From the NCBI GenBank assembly GCA_030645735.1, contig JAUSNP010000001.1:7502-71501 (forward strand): a DNA stretch of 64,000 bases, given 5' to 3'. This document shows, in pieces, positions 9,626 to 17,950 of the stretch; position 1 is the stretch's first letter; each line of letters opens with the position of its first letter. A program made the translations under genes and the position numbers. The stretch comes from Candidatus Moraniibacteriota bacterium. Lineage in GTDB: Bacteria; Patescibacteriota; Minisyncoccia; Moranbacterales; UBA2206. The notes beneath the pieces were generated by a model, which saw nothing but the letters and a program-made list of their open reading frames with translations, was not told the origin of the DNA and made no database searches.

Positions 9626-10543
9626 ATGAATTACATTGTTCTCGCCACGGTTGCATATTTTATGGTCGCTTTAGAAGTTATCCTAGATAAATTTTTGCTA
9701 AGCTCTAAGCGAATTTCTCATCCAGCCATCTATGCCTTTTATTCTGGTCTTTTGACCGCTTTTGTATTTTTCATGGTGCCATTTGGTTTTCACACGATGA
9801 CGCCATATTTTGCCATGGTGAGCATCGTGACAGGAATTATTTTTACTTATGGATTCTTGACCTTATTTTTTGCTATCAATAAAAGTGAAGCTAGTCGAGT
9901 GATGCCAGTGGTTGGAGCGGTTGTGCCATTGGTGACATTTGTTCTTTCTGGTAGTTTATTATCTGAATATTTAAATGGAGTGCAATTGGCCGGAGTGTTA
10001 GCTTTGATTGCTGGTGGACTTCTGATTTCTTTTGATTTTCCATTGAAAAACAAGAAGAAATTTTTTCATGGTTTTTATTATTCAATTTTGGCGGGTATTC
10101 TTTTTGCCATCGAAGTCACTTCTTTCAAATATTTGAGTGATAATTATACTTTTGCCAATGTATTTATCTGGACGCGCTGGGGTGTGACCTTGGGAGCGTT
10201 GAGTTTGTTGCTCATTCCTCATTGGAGAAAAGTCATTTTGAATTCTTTCGGTAGTTTCAAAAATACTAAAAAAGAACATCATCAGACTGGAGGACTTTTT
10301 ATTTTGAATAAAGTTTTGGGTGGCGCTGGATCAATTCTAACCAAAAAAGCTATCACTTTGGGTAGCGCGACCGTAGTGAGTGCCTTGGTTTCGACTGAAT
10401 ATGTTTTTATTCTATTGATTGGTTTGGTGATGTCATTCCATTTCCCAAGAATTTTCCAAGAGAAAGAAGATGTTTTAGGCATAACGCAAAAAATAGTTTC
10501 AATTTTGATTATTTCGCTAGGCGTAGTTCTCATATCTCGTTAA
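9626..10543 (+). CDS. EamA/DMT family membrane transporter
   Basis: About 10 TM helices in two repeats; EASRV.P motif. Confidence 0.75.
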   Translation: MNYIVLATVAYFMVALEVILDKFLLSSKRISHPAIYAFYSGLLTAFVFFMVPFGFHTMTPYFAMVSIVTGIIFTYGFLTLFFAINKSEASRVMPVVGAVVPLVTFVLSGSLLSEYLNGVQLAGVLALIAGGLLISFDFPLKNKKKFFHGFYYSILAGILFAIEVTSFKYLSDNYTFANVFIWTRWGVTLGALSLLLIPHWRKVILNSFGSFKNTKKEHHQTGGLFILNKVLGGAGSILTKKAITLGSATVVSALVSTEYVFILLIGLVMSFHFPRIFQEKEDVLGITQKIVSILIISLGVVLISR

Positions 10544-10562
10544 AAATAAAATTCAATATAAA

Positions 10563-11579
10563 ATGGAGATTATAAAAAAAATATTAAAAGTCATCGGAAT
10601 AATCCTGCTGAGTTTGTTTGGATTTATTCTGATAATGTTCGGCTATTTCAATCTACCGGCAGAAAATAATAACGATGGTGCCAAATTGGGCATGACTTTT
10701 TCCAGCACCTATTCATCCAGCATGGGTCTGGATTGGAAAGCTAATTATATCGCGATGTTGGATGATTTGCACATCAAAAAAATTCGCATTCCAGTTTATT
10801 GGGACATGGTAGAAATCAAAAAAGGCGATTATGATTTTTCGGATGTGGATTGGCAATTGAATGAGGCTCGGAAAAGAAACGCTGAAATTATTTTAGCTAT
10901 CGGTCAGAAAACTCCGCGTTGGCCAGAATGCAATGTTCCACAGTGGGTGAAAGAAGATGAGCAAAATAGAAAAGAAAGTCTTTTGGAATATGTGGCTGTT
11001 TCTATGAATCGCTATAAAAATGATCCAGTAGTGAAATATTGGCAAATCGAAAATGAACCATTTTTGCCATTTGGTATTTGTCCCAAACCGGACGCCAGTC
11101 TTTTGGACAGCGAATTGGCAGTGGCGCGCTCAATCGACAATACACGCCAAATCATAGTGACTGACAGTGGCGAATTGAGTTTGTGGGTGCAAGCGGCCAA
11201 GCGCGCCGACATTTTTGGCACCACGATGTATCGAACAATTTATAAAAAAGGCCTTGGCTATGTTGAATATCCAATCGGACCAAGATTTTTTCAATTCAAG
11301 CATGCAATAATCAAGCTGTTTGCGCACCAAAACAACGCCATTGTCATTGAACTGCAAGCCGAGCCATGGATCATGGGTTCTACAATAGATAATACATTGG
11401 AAGAACAATTCAAATCTATGAATCCAGAACAACTAGTGAGCAATGTTGAGTATGCCGAGAAAGTTAATTTCCCGCAGATATATTTATGGGGCGTGGAATG
11501 GTGGTATTGGTTGAAAGAAAAGCAAAATCATCCAGAACTTTGGAATACGGCGCGTGACCTATATCTCAATCGACAATAA
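10563..11579 (+). CDS. Membrane-anchored clan GH-A glycoside hydrolase
   Basis: N-terminal TM; RIPVYW, WQIENEPF (acid/base), IELQAEPW, YLWG.EWW. Confidence 0.75.
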   Translation: MEIIKKILKVIGIILLSLFGFILIMFGYFNLPAENNNDGAKLGMTFSSTYSSSMGLDWKANYIAMLDDLHIKKIRIPVYWDMVEIKKGDYDFSDVDWQLNEARKRNAEIILAIGQKTPRWPECNVPQWVKEDEQNRKESLLEYVAVSMNRYKNDPVVKYWQIENEPFLPFGICPKPDASLLDSELAVARSIDNTRQIIVTDSGELSLWVQAAKRADIFGTTMYRTIYKKGLGYVEYPIGPRFFQFKHAIIKLFAHQNNAIVIELQAEPWIMGSTIDNTLEEQFKSMNPEQLVSNVEYAEKVNFPQIYLWGVEWWYWLKEKQNHPELWNTARDLYLNRQ

Positions 11580-11605
11580 ACTTCCAAGAATTGAAAATAC
11601 GGCTA

Positions 11606-11634
11606 AAGACCACCTTTAAGAAGGGCGGTCTTTT
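11606..11634. terminator. Intrinsic terminator, possibly bidirectional
   Basis: AAAGACCACCTT-taag-AAGGGCGGTCTTTT. Confidence 0.7.
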
Positions 11635-11801
11635 GTTGCTGATCTGAATTAAGTTGACTCCTAGGGGCAAATTTGACCTCATAAGCTATCTGAGGGCTCA
11701 GCAACTGCCTTCGTTGGTTTTGGAATAAGTTTTGTTTATGGTACTATTTTGTTAGAGCCTGCTCATAATCTCATGTCTAGATAAATAGTATCTTTTCTTT
11801 T

Positions 11802-12470
11802 ATGTCTCGGGTTATTGTAGATATTGAAACAATTGGCAAGGATTTTGCGAGCTATGACCAAAAAAGTCAGGAGTATCTTTTGAAATATGCGCAGACTGAG
11901 GAGGAGCAGGAGGCAGTCAAAAAAAGTTTGGCCCTGCATGCTCTGACGGGCGAGGTGGTGACTATCGGTATGCTCAATCCTGACACGGGCAAAGGCGTGA
12001 TGCTCTTTCAAAGCAAGGGTGAAGTCATTGAGGATTTTTCCGAAGATGGACTTTTCTATGAAGCTGGCACAGAGAAAGAGTTATTGGAAAAATTTTGGGA
12101 CATGGTGAAGACATACAAGCAAATAATCACTTTCAATGGTCGCAATTTTGACATTCCGTTTTTGATGACACGCAGTGCCATCAATGGCGTGCGAGTGTCG
12201 CGCAACTTCATGGGCTATCGCTACAATCCGAAAGAACATTGTGATTTGATGGAGCAATTGACCTTCTATGGGGCGACTCGCAAATTCAATCTGGATTTTT
12301 ATGCCAAATCCTTCGGCATCAAGAGTTCCAAAGATGAAGGCATCGACGGTTCGATGGTAGGTGAGTTGTATAAACAAAAGAGATATTTGGATGTGGCGCG
12401 CTATTGTCATCGTGATCTTCTGACAACCAAAGGTTTGTATGAATATTGGGATAAATATTTGAGTTTTTAG
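11802..12470 (+). CDS. PolB-like 3'-5' exonuclease (RNase H-like fold)
   Basis: ExoI DIET, ExoII FNGRNFDIPFL, ExoIII YC..D. Confidence 0.85.
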   Translation: MSRVIVDIETIGKDFASYDQKSQEYLLKYAQTEEEQEAVKKSLALHALTGEVVTIGMLNPDTGKGVMLFQSKGEVIEDFSEDGLFYEAGTEKELLEKFWDMVKTYKQIITFNGRNFDIPFLMTRSAINGVRVSRNFMGYRYNPKEHCDLMEQLTFYGATRKFNLDFYAKSFGIKSSKDEGIDGSMVGELYKQKRYLDVARYCHRDLLTTKGLYEYWDKYLSF

Positions 12471-12479
12471 AATTAGCAT

Positions 12480-12558
12480 TGTCATTCCCGTGGAAACGGG
12501 AATCCAGTCACACAGCATTAAGTTTCTACACTAGATTCCCGCCTACGCGGGAATGACA
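12480..12558. mobile_element. Palindromic REP/MITE-like element (GTCATTCCCG type), copy 2
   Basis: TGTCATTCCCGTGGAAACGGGAATCCAG...CTAGATTCCCGCCTACGCGGGAATGACA. Confidence 0.85.
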
Positions 12559-12567
12559 AATAAAAAA

Positions 12568-13053
12568 ATGAAAGGCAAAGAATTATATATCATCGCGCAC
12601 AACATTCGCAGTGCTCACAATGTGGGGGCGATTTTTCGTTCCAGCGATGGAGCGGGGGTGGATAAGATTTTTTTGAGTGGTTATTCACAACGACCAGCAT
12701 CAGCTGATAAGCAAGATCTGGTGAAACCAGAAAAGATGTTGGCCAAAACGGCACTGGGCGCTGAGTTGAGTGTGGCTTGGGAAGGCGCTGATGATCTAGT
12801 CAAGCTTATTAATAAACTGAAAAAAGAAGGCGTGCAGATTGTGGCTCTAGAAAAAACTGAAGGCAGTGTAGATATTCGCAAATTCCAGCCAACCTTTCCG
12901 ATGGCCTTGATTTTGGGACACGAAGTGGATGGTGTGAAAGATGAGGTTTTGCAATTGTGCGACGCCGTGATTGAAATCCCGATGCGCGGACAGAAAGAAT
13001 CCCTGAATGTTTCCGTGGCCACAGGCATCGCGATTTATGAATTGCTTGGATAA
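12568..13053 (+). CDS. TrmH/SpoU family RNA 2'-O-methyltransferase
   Basis: NIRSAHNVGAIFRS.D, LG.E..GV, IPM.G..ESLNVSVA; the ATG at 12553 lies within the repeat. Confidence 0.92.
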   Translation: MKGKELYIIAHNIRSAHNVGAIFRSSDGAGVDKIFLSGYSQRPASADKQDLVKPEKMLAKTALGAELSVAWEGADDLVKLINKLKKEGVQIVALEKTEGSVDIRKFQPTFPMALILGHEVDGVKDEVLQLCDAVIEIPMRGQKESLNVSVATGIAIYELLG

Positions 13054-13068
13054 TGGTATAATAATACT

Positions 13069-13764
13069 ATGAATAATAAAAAGAATAAATTGGCGGTATT
13101 TGATATTGATGGTACGATTTTTCGCAAAAATCTGGCTTTTGAGTTGATCAATGAATTAGCCTGGCGGGGGATTTTCAAAAAAGAAGTGCGGTCAGAACTT
13201 GTACGGCATTATAGTAATTGGCTGGATCACAAAGGTACTTATGAAGATTATCGCAAAGCTCTGGTAGCCTTGTATGCGGACAATATTAAAGGATGCAAAA
13301 GGGAGGATGTTCTGAAAGCTGCTAAGGGTGTTATGCCTTTCTATCAAGATCGAACCTATGTTTTTGCTGAGAATTTGATCAAGAAATTGAAAGCGGAAAA
13401 TTACAATATCATTGCCGTATCTGGTTCACCAAGTGAAATTGTAGAAGAATATAATAAACACTTGAAGTTTGACGCGGTTTTTGGTTCAGTTTATGAAACT
13501 GATGCAGGTGATATTTACACAGGAGGTGCAGTTTTTGAGCCAACCAAAGGTAAGAGTCAGGTAGTCAGACAATATTTAACTGAAAATAATCTAACTCTGG
13601 AAGGCTCTTACGGAATTGGTGATACTGAATCAGACGCTTCAGTTTTGGAAATTGTGGAAAATCCAATTGCCTTCAATCCGAATTCCAATCTAAAGGAAAT
13701 TGCGCAAGCCAAGGGTTGGAAAATCATCGTGGAGAAAAAGGATGTTATTTATGAAATAAAATAA
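13069..13764 (+). CDS. HAD-IB family phosphatase
   Basis: FDIDGT motif I, VSGS motif II, GDTESD motif IV. Confidence 0.9.
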   Translation: MNNKKNKLAVFDIDGTIFRKNLAFELINELAWRGIFKKEVRSELVRHYSNWLDHKGTYEDYRKALVALYADNIKGCKREDVLKAAKGVMPFYQDRTYVFAENLIKKLKAENYNIIAVSGSPSEIVEEYNKHLKFDAVFGSVYETDAGDIYTGGAVFEPTKGKSQVVRQYLTENNLTLEGSYGIGDTESDASVLEIVENPIAFNPNSNLKEIAQAKGWKIIVEKKDVIYEIK

Positions 13765-13771
13765 AAAATTT

Positions 13772-13960
13772 ATGACACTAATATTATTAATCATTGGTTT
13801 TATATTATTCGGTCTTATCTGGTTGTTTGTGGAACTTGTAACGGCCAAAAGTCTCAACGATTTTTTGGATGAAAAAATCATGCGCAGGATGAAATGGCTG
13901 TGGTTGCCAGTCTATGCGTTGTGGCGGATGTCCAAAGAAGTTATTTTCAATAAAAAATAA
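13772..13960 (+). CDS. Small membrane protein
   Basis: 62 aa with N-terminal TM, tightly coupled to the previous gene and followed by a terminator. Confidence 0.6.
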   Translation: MTLILLIIGFILFGLIWLFVELVTAKSLNDFLDEKIMRRMKWLWLPVYALWRMSKEVIFNKK

Positions 13961-13972
13961 AATATGCAGCAT

Positions 13973-14007
13973 AAAAAAACTCTCAGATTTCTCTGAGAGT
14001 TTTTTTT
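13973..14007. terminator. Bidirectional terminator
   Basis: AAAAAAACTCTCAGA-tttc-TCTGAGAGTTTTTTT between convergent genes. Confidence 0.9.
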
Positions 14008-14020
14008 GTTATCGAAAGAT

Positions 14021-14365
14021 TTACTTGACCTTCTCGATGAATTTTGCAAATACGGCTGGATTCTCCATAGCCATTTGTGACAAAACTTTTCGGTCTACTT
14101 CAATTTTCTTGTCAGACATAGTCTTGATTAGGATACTGTATTTCATACCCAGTTCACGAACTGCAGTATTAAGTCGAGTGATCCACAGTCTGCGCATTGA
14201 GCGTTTCTTGGCTCGTCGGTCACGATAGGCGTAGGCACCAGCCTTGATCAAGGCTTGTTTAGCTGAGCGATAGAGGGAACTTCTTTTCCATCGATATCCA
14301 CTCGCGTCTTCCAAGACATTCTTTCTGCGTTTTGAAGCGGCTACTCCGCGTTTTACTCTTGTCAT
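14021..14365 (-). CDS. rplT: 50S ribosomal protein L20
   Basis: MTRVKRG..YAYRDRR.KKR.MRRLWI.R.N.A. Confidence 0.98.
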   Translation of the reverse strand: MTRVKRGVAASKRRKNVLEDASGYRWKRSSLYRSAKQALIKAGAYAYRDRRAKKRSMRRLWITRLNTAVRELGMKYSILIKTMSDKKIEVDRKVLSQMAMENPAVFAKFIEKVK

Positions 14366-14402
14366 AGTATTAGTATAAAAAAATCATTATTTAACTTGGG
14401 TA

Positions 14403-14612
14403 TTAGCGTTGGGCGCTTTTGCTTGGCAAACCTCGCAACATGTTCGCTTCATCAGCTTTGAAGAGTCGCACATCACCTTGCTTGGCCATTCCTTCTCGTC
14501 CAGTTTCCTTGCGATTGTAATGGTTGTGTCCGGTGATTCGGCGAGTAACTTTTCCACTGCCAGTCACTTTGACTCTTTTCTTCACAGCTTTTCTTGTTTT
14601 TAATTTTGGCAT
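14403..14612 (-). CDS. rpmI: 50S ribosomal protein L35
   Basis: MPKLKTRKAVKKRVKVTGSGK; infC-rpmI-rplT synteny. Confidence 0.95.
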   Translation of the reverse strand: MPKLKTRKAVKKRVKVTGSGKVTRRITGHNHYNRKETGREGMAKQGDVRLFKADEANMLRGLPSKSAQR

Positions 14613-14620
14613 ATATTTTA

Positions 14621-14722
14621 TAACTCGTAACTAGTAACTCGTAACTAGTAATTGGAGCGTCATCTTATTAATTGGCTTATTTATAATCTATGCTAGTTAC
14701 TGATTACCAGTTACTAGTTACT
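14621..14722. repeat. Inverted heptamer arrays (TAACTMG / CTAGTTA)
   Basis: taactcg taactag taactcg taactag ... ctagttactgattaccagttactagttact. Confidence 0.85.
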
Positions 14723-14726
14723 TGTT

Positions 14727-15272
14727 TTATACTTCTGGCGTTAGCACTGCATTAAAGCCACTGGGATATCTTTTCACTTCCTGATCAAGCTTATAAGGGA
14801 CAGTGATGATTTTCAAGAAATCTTCAAGGTTCTTTCGGGCTAGATCTTGGTGAGCTTTTTCTCGGCCACGCAAGAAAATTTCAACTTTCACTTTCTGACC
14901 TTTTTTGAGAAATTTTTCAGCCATATCTTTCTTGACTTCCAAATCGTGAGTGTCAGTTCGGAAACCAATACGAATTCCTTTGACATCAATTTTTTTCTGT
15001 TTGGCTTTGTTAACTCGATCAAGTCTGGATTGTTGATATTGATATTTGCCATAGTCCATGATTTTGCAAACCGGCGGCTTGGCCATCGGTGCAATTTCCA
15101 CTAGGTCCAAATCTTGTTCGCGAGCAACTTGCAAGGCATCAAACGGAGTCATGACTCCAAGTTGATTTCCCGCATCGTCGATTACGCGAATTTGTGGAAC
15201 CCTAATGTATTCATTTATTCTGGTAAGCGGACCTTTTTTTACGAACGGCCGCTTGGTTGGTACTCTTCTAAT
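14727..15272 (-). CDS. infC: Translation initiation factor IF-3, probable ATT start
   Basis: Frame stays open upstream of ATG 15152 through RINEYIRVPQIRVIDDAGNQLGVM to ATT 15272; DLVEIAP.A.PPVCKIMDYGKY. Confidence 0.93.
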   Translation of the reverse strand: MRRVPTKRPFVKKGPLTRINEYIRVPQIRVIDDAGNQLGVMTPFDALQVAREQDLDLVEIAPMAKPPVCKIMDYGKYQYQQSRLDRVNKAKQKKIDVKGIRIGFRTDTHDLEVKKDMAEKFLKKGQKVKVEIFLRGREKAHQDLARKNLEDFLKIITVPYKLDQEVKRYPSGFNAVLTPEV

Positions 15273-15296
15273 AGTTTTGATATTAATTATTATTTG

Positions 15297-15708
15297 TGGA
15301 GATGGCGAGAATCGAACTCGCGTCCAAAATCATTCATCTAAAACAATCTACAAGCGTAGTCTATCCGTTTGATTCGATTAAAAAGTGGAGGATAGACAAA
15401 ACCTTTTCAATCTATTGCTAATGTAGTTTTATCGAAGTGACTTAGAAAATATCAGATCGACTATCCTGATGTTTTGACACCGAGATCCATCTATCAGGAG
15501 TTGATGGTTCGATGACTACTGCGATAAGGCCTGTAAGGCGATATTTAGGCAATAGCAACCGCAAAATTTGAAGTAAATGCTTGCGCAAATACTGATTTCG
15601 CTTTTGTTATGAAGTTTGCACTTATAACTTTGATACAAATTTAACGAGTAATTATCATCCTCGGCTTGCATATTTTAAACGTACGACCTGTCGAAACCAA
15701 ACATCCCC
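15297..15708 (-). ncRNA. ssrA: tmRNA
   Basis: 5' GGGGATGTTTGGTTTCGAC, 3' GACGCGAGTTCGATTCTCGCCATCTCCA; tag ORF 15619-15545 ANFITKAKSVFAQAFTSNFAVAIA*; adjacent to smpB. Confidence 0.95.
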
Positions 15709-15721
15709 AGAGGGGAACAGT

Positions 15722-16168
15722 CTAGTTGTTTTTTAGCTCTCTTTTGATATTTCTCTCGACTTCTCGCTTGCTGATTGTTTCGCGTTTGTCATATTTCTTT
15801 TTTCCTTTACCTACGCCAAATTCCAGCTTCAATAGTCGTTTCTTAGTATACACTCGAATGGGTACCAATGTCAAGCCTTGGATACGCACTTTGCCCGTTA
15901 AATGCTTGATTTCCGATTTGCGTAGCAAAAGCTTCCTTGGCTGGGTCGGATCATAGTTTTTGATCTCGCCTGCTTGTTTGTAGGGAGTGATGTGGGCGTT
16001 GGTTAAATAGAGCTCGCCGCCTGCAACTGTCACAAAGCTTTCTTTGAGACTGATATGGCCCATTTTGACCGATTTGACCTCAGCTCCAGTCAACACCAAG
16101 CCGGCCTCATATTTGTCTGAGATTTCATAATCGAAATTAGCGCGTTTGTTGTAGGCGAGTGTTGTCAT
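15722..16168 (-). CDS. smpB: SsrA-binding protein
   Basis: NKRA.FDY.I...YEAGLVL.G.EVKS, RKLLL, GKGKKKYDKR. Confidence 0.98.
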   Translation of the reverse strand: MTTLAYNKRANFDYEISDKYEAGLVLTGAEVKSVKMGHISLKESFVTVAGGELYLTNAHITPYKQAGEIKNYDPTQPRKLLLRKSEIKHLTGKVRIQGLTLVPIRVYTKKRLLKLEFGVGKGKKKYDKRETISKREVERNIKRELKNN

Positions 16169-16250
16169 ATATACAGCTTATCATTTAATTATAGGTTAAT
16201 ACAAGCGCCAAAGCTTTATTTTTTCAGCGGGATAGGTTAGAATTAGAAGT

Positions 16251-17840
16251 ATGAAAAAACAATTGGCAGAAATCATCAAAAAAGCTGTTTTGGAGCTGTT
16301 CGACCTTGAACAAGCTGATTTTGCTGTGGAATATCCGAAAGACGAGAAATTTGGGGATTATGCGGCCAATGTGGCGATGGTTTTGGCCAAAAAGTTAGGG
16401 AAGAGCCCAATTGAGATTGCTGAGGCAATCAAGTTACAAGTTACAAGTTACAAGTTACAAACTTTTGAAAAGATTGAAGTGGTGGCGCCGGGGTATATCA
16501 ATTTTTATTTGTCAGAAAAATATTTGCAGGATGTTGTGGTTGAGATTCAAGACAAAAAAGAAAAGTTTGGAGAAAGTGAAATTGGTAAAGGCGTGAAAAT
16601 AAACAATGAATTTATTTCAGCCAATCCAACAGGCCCTTTGACGGTGGGGAATGGTCGTGGAGGATTTTGTGGTGATGCAATTTCTCGTGTGCTTCGAAAA
16701 ACTGGATTTGAAGTCGTGAATGAATATTATATAAACGATGCTGGTGGACAAGTCTTGAAATTGGGGCACAGTGTGTTGAAAGATGAAGAAGCTGCCTATA
16801 CTGGAGAATATATTGATGAGCTGAATAAAAAATATGGCGAGCTGACTGATGTAAAAGAAATTGGTCAATTAGCAGCCAAGGAAGTTTTAGAGAATATCAT
16901 CAAAAAAGTAGTTGTAGAAAAAATGCAGATTTCTTTTGATGTTTGGATGAGTGAGAAAAAAATTCAAGATGAAAATTTTGTTGAAAGGTCTATTGAAATT
17001 TTGAAAGAAAAAAAGCTGACCTATGAATCAGAAGGTGCTTTGTGGTTGAAGACGACGAAATTCGGTGATGATAAGGACCGTGTGCTGATAAAGAGTGATG
17101 GGCAGAAATCATATTTTGCTGGTGACTGTGGCTATATGTTAAACAAGATTGAAAGAAATTTCAGTCGCTTGATTATGGGGTTGGGTGCGGATCATCATGG
17201 TTACATTTCCAGATTGCGTGCCGTAGCCAAAGCCTTAGGGTTTGAAGGTGATTTTCGTTTTGTGATTTCACAATTAGTACGCATCATGAAAGATGGCAAA
17301 GAAGCTAGGATGAGTAAACGCGCTGGCAATGTTGTGAATGTTGATGAGCTGATTGATGCAGTTGGATCGGATGTAACTAGATTTTTTTTCTTGATGTATT
17401 CACCCGATACTCATATGAGTTTTGATTTAGGCTTGGCGGAAGAGAAATCACAGAAGAACCCAGTTTTCTATGTGCAATATGCGCATGCTAGGATTTGTAG
17501 TGTTGTGCGCAAAGCGCAAGATTCAATAACCAAGATACAAGATACAAATAATGTTGATTTATCTTTGCTTAAAGATGAAAAAGAATTGAGTTTGATTCGT
17601 GAACTGAATAAGTTTCCAGAATTGGTGGAAGAACTTTCTCAAAGTTATGAGGTTCACAAGCTTCCATATTTTGCTATTAAGTTGGCTGATAAATTTCATT
17701 CTTTCTACAATGCTTGTAAGGTGATTGATGAGGAAAATTTGGAATTGACCAAAGCGCGTTTGAATTTGATAACTGCAGTGAAGATTGTCTTGGCAGAAAC
17801 TTTGGATTTGATTGGGGTGAGTGCGCCGGAAAAGATGTGA
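16251..17840 (+). CDS. argS: Arginine--tRNA ligase
   Basis: EFISANPTGPL, EYYINDAG.Q, GADHHGY, MSKRAG, YVQYAHARICS, C-terminal APEKM. Confidence 0.97.
   Translation: MKKQLAEIIKKAVLELFDLEQADFAVEYPKDEKFGDYAANVAMVLAKKLGKSPIEIAEAIKLQVTSYKLQTFEKIEVVAPGYINFYLSEKYLQDVVVEIQDKKEKFGESEIGKGVKINNEFISANPTGPLTVGNGRGGFCGDAISRVLRKTGFEVVNEYYINDAGGQVLKLGHSVLKDEEAAYTGEYIDELNKKYGELTDVKEIGQLAAKEVLENIIKKVVVEKMQISFDVWMSEKKIQDENFVERSIEILKEKKLTYESEGALWLKTTKFGDDKDRVLIKSDGQKSYFAGDCGYMLNKIERNFSRLIMGLGADHHGYISRLRAVAKALGFEGDFRFVISQLVRIMKDGKEARMSKRAGNVVNVDELIDAVGSDVTRFFFLMYSPDTHMSFDLGLAEEKSQKNPVFYVQYAHARICSVVRKAQDSITKIQDTNNVDLSLLKDEKELSLIRELNKFPELVEELSQSYEVHKLPYFAIKLADKFHSFYNACKVIDEENLELTKARLNLITAVKIVLAETLDLIGVSAPEKM
16430..16460 (+). 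repeat. In-frame (CAAGTTA)x4 insert in argS
   Basis: caagtta x4 encodes KLQVTSYKLQ. Confidence 0.85.
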
Positions 17841-17950
17841 GGATATAAATCACAAATCAATCACTAATTTTTCTCGAATATTCACGAATGTTTATGAGTG
17901 GCTTGATGGGATTTACAAAAACCTTATTATGAGGTAATATTTGGATACAA

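Noticed and set aside
15297-15330. Stand-alone tRNA gene
   Set aside because: The T-arm and acceptor half pair with a 5' end about 400 nt away; this is the tmRNA
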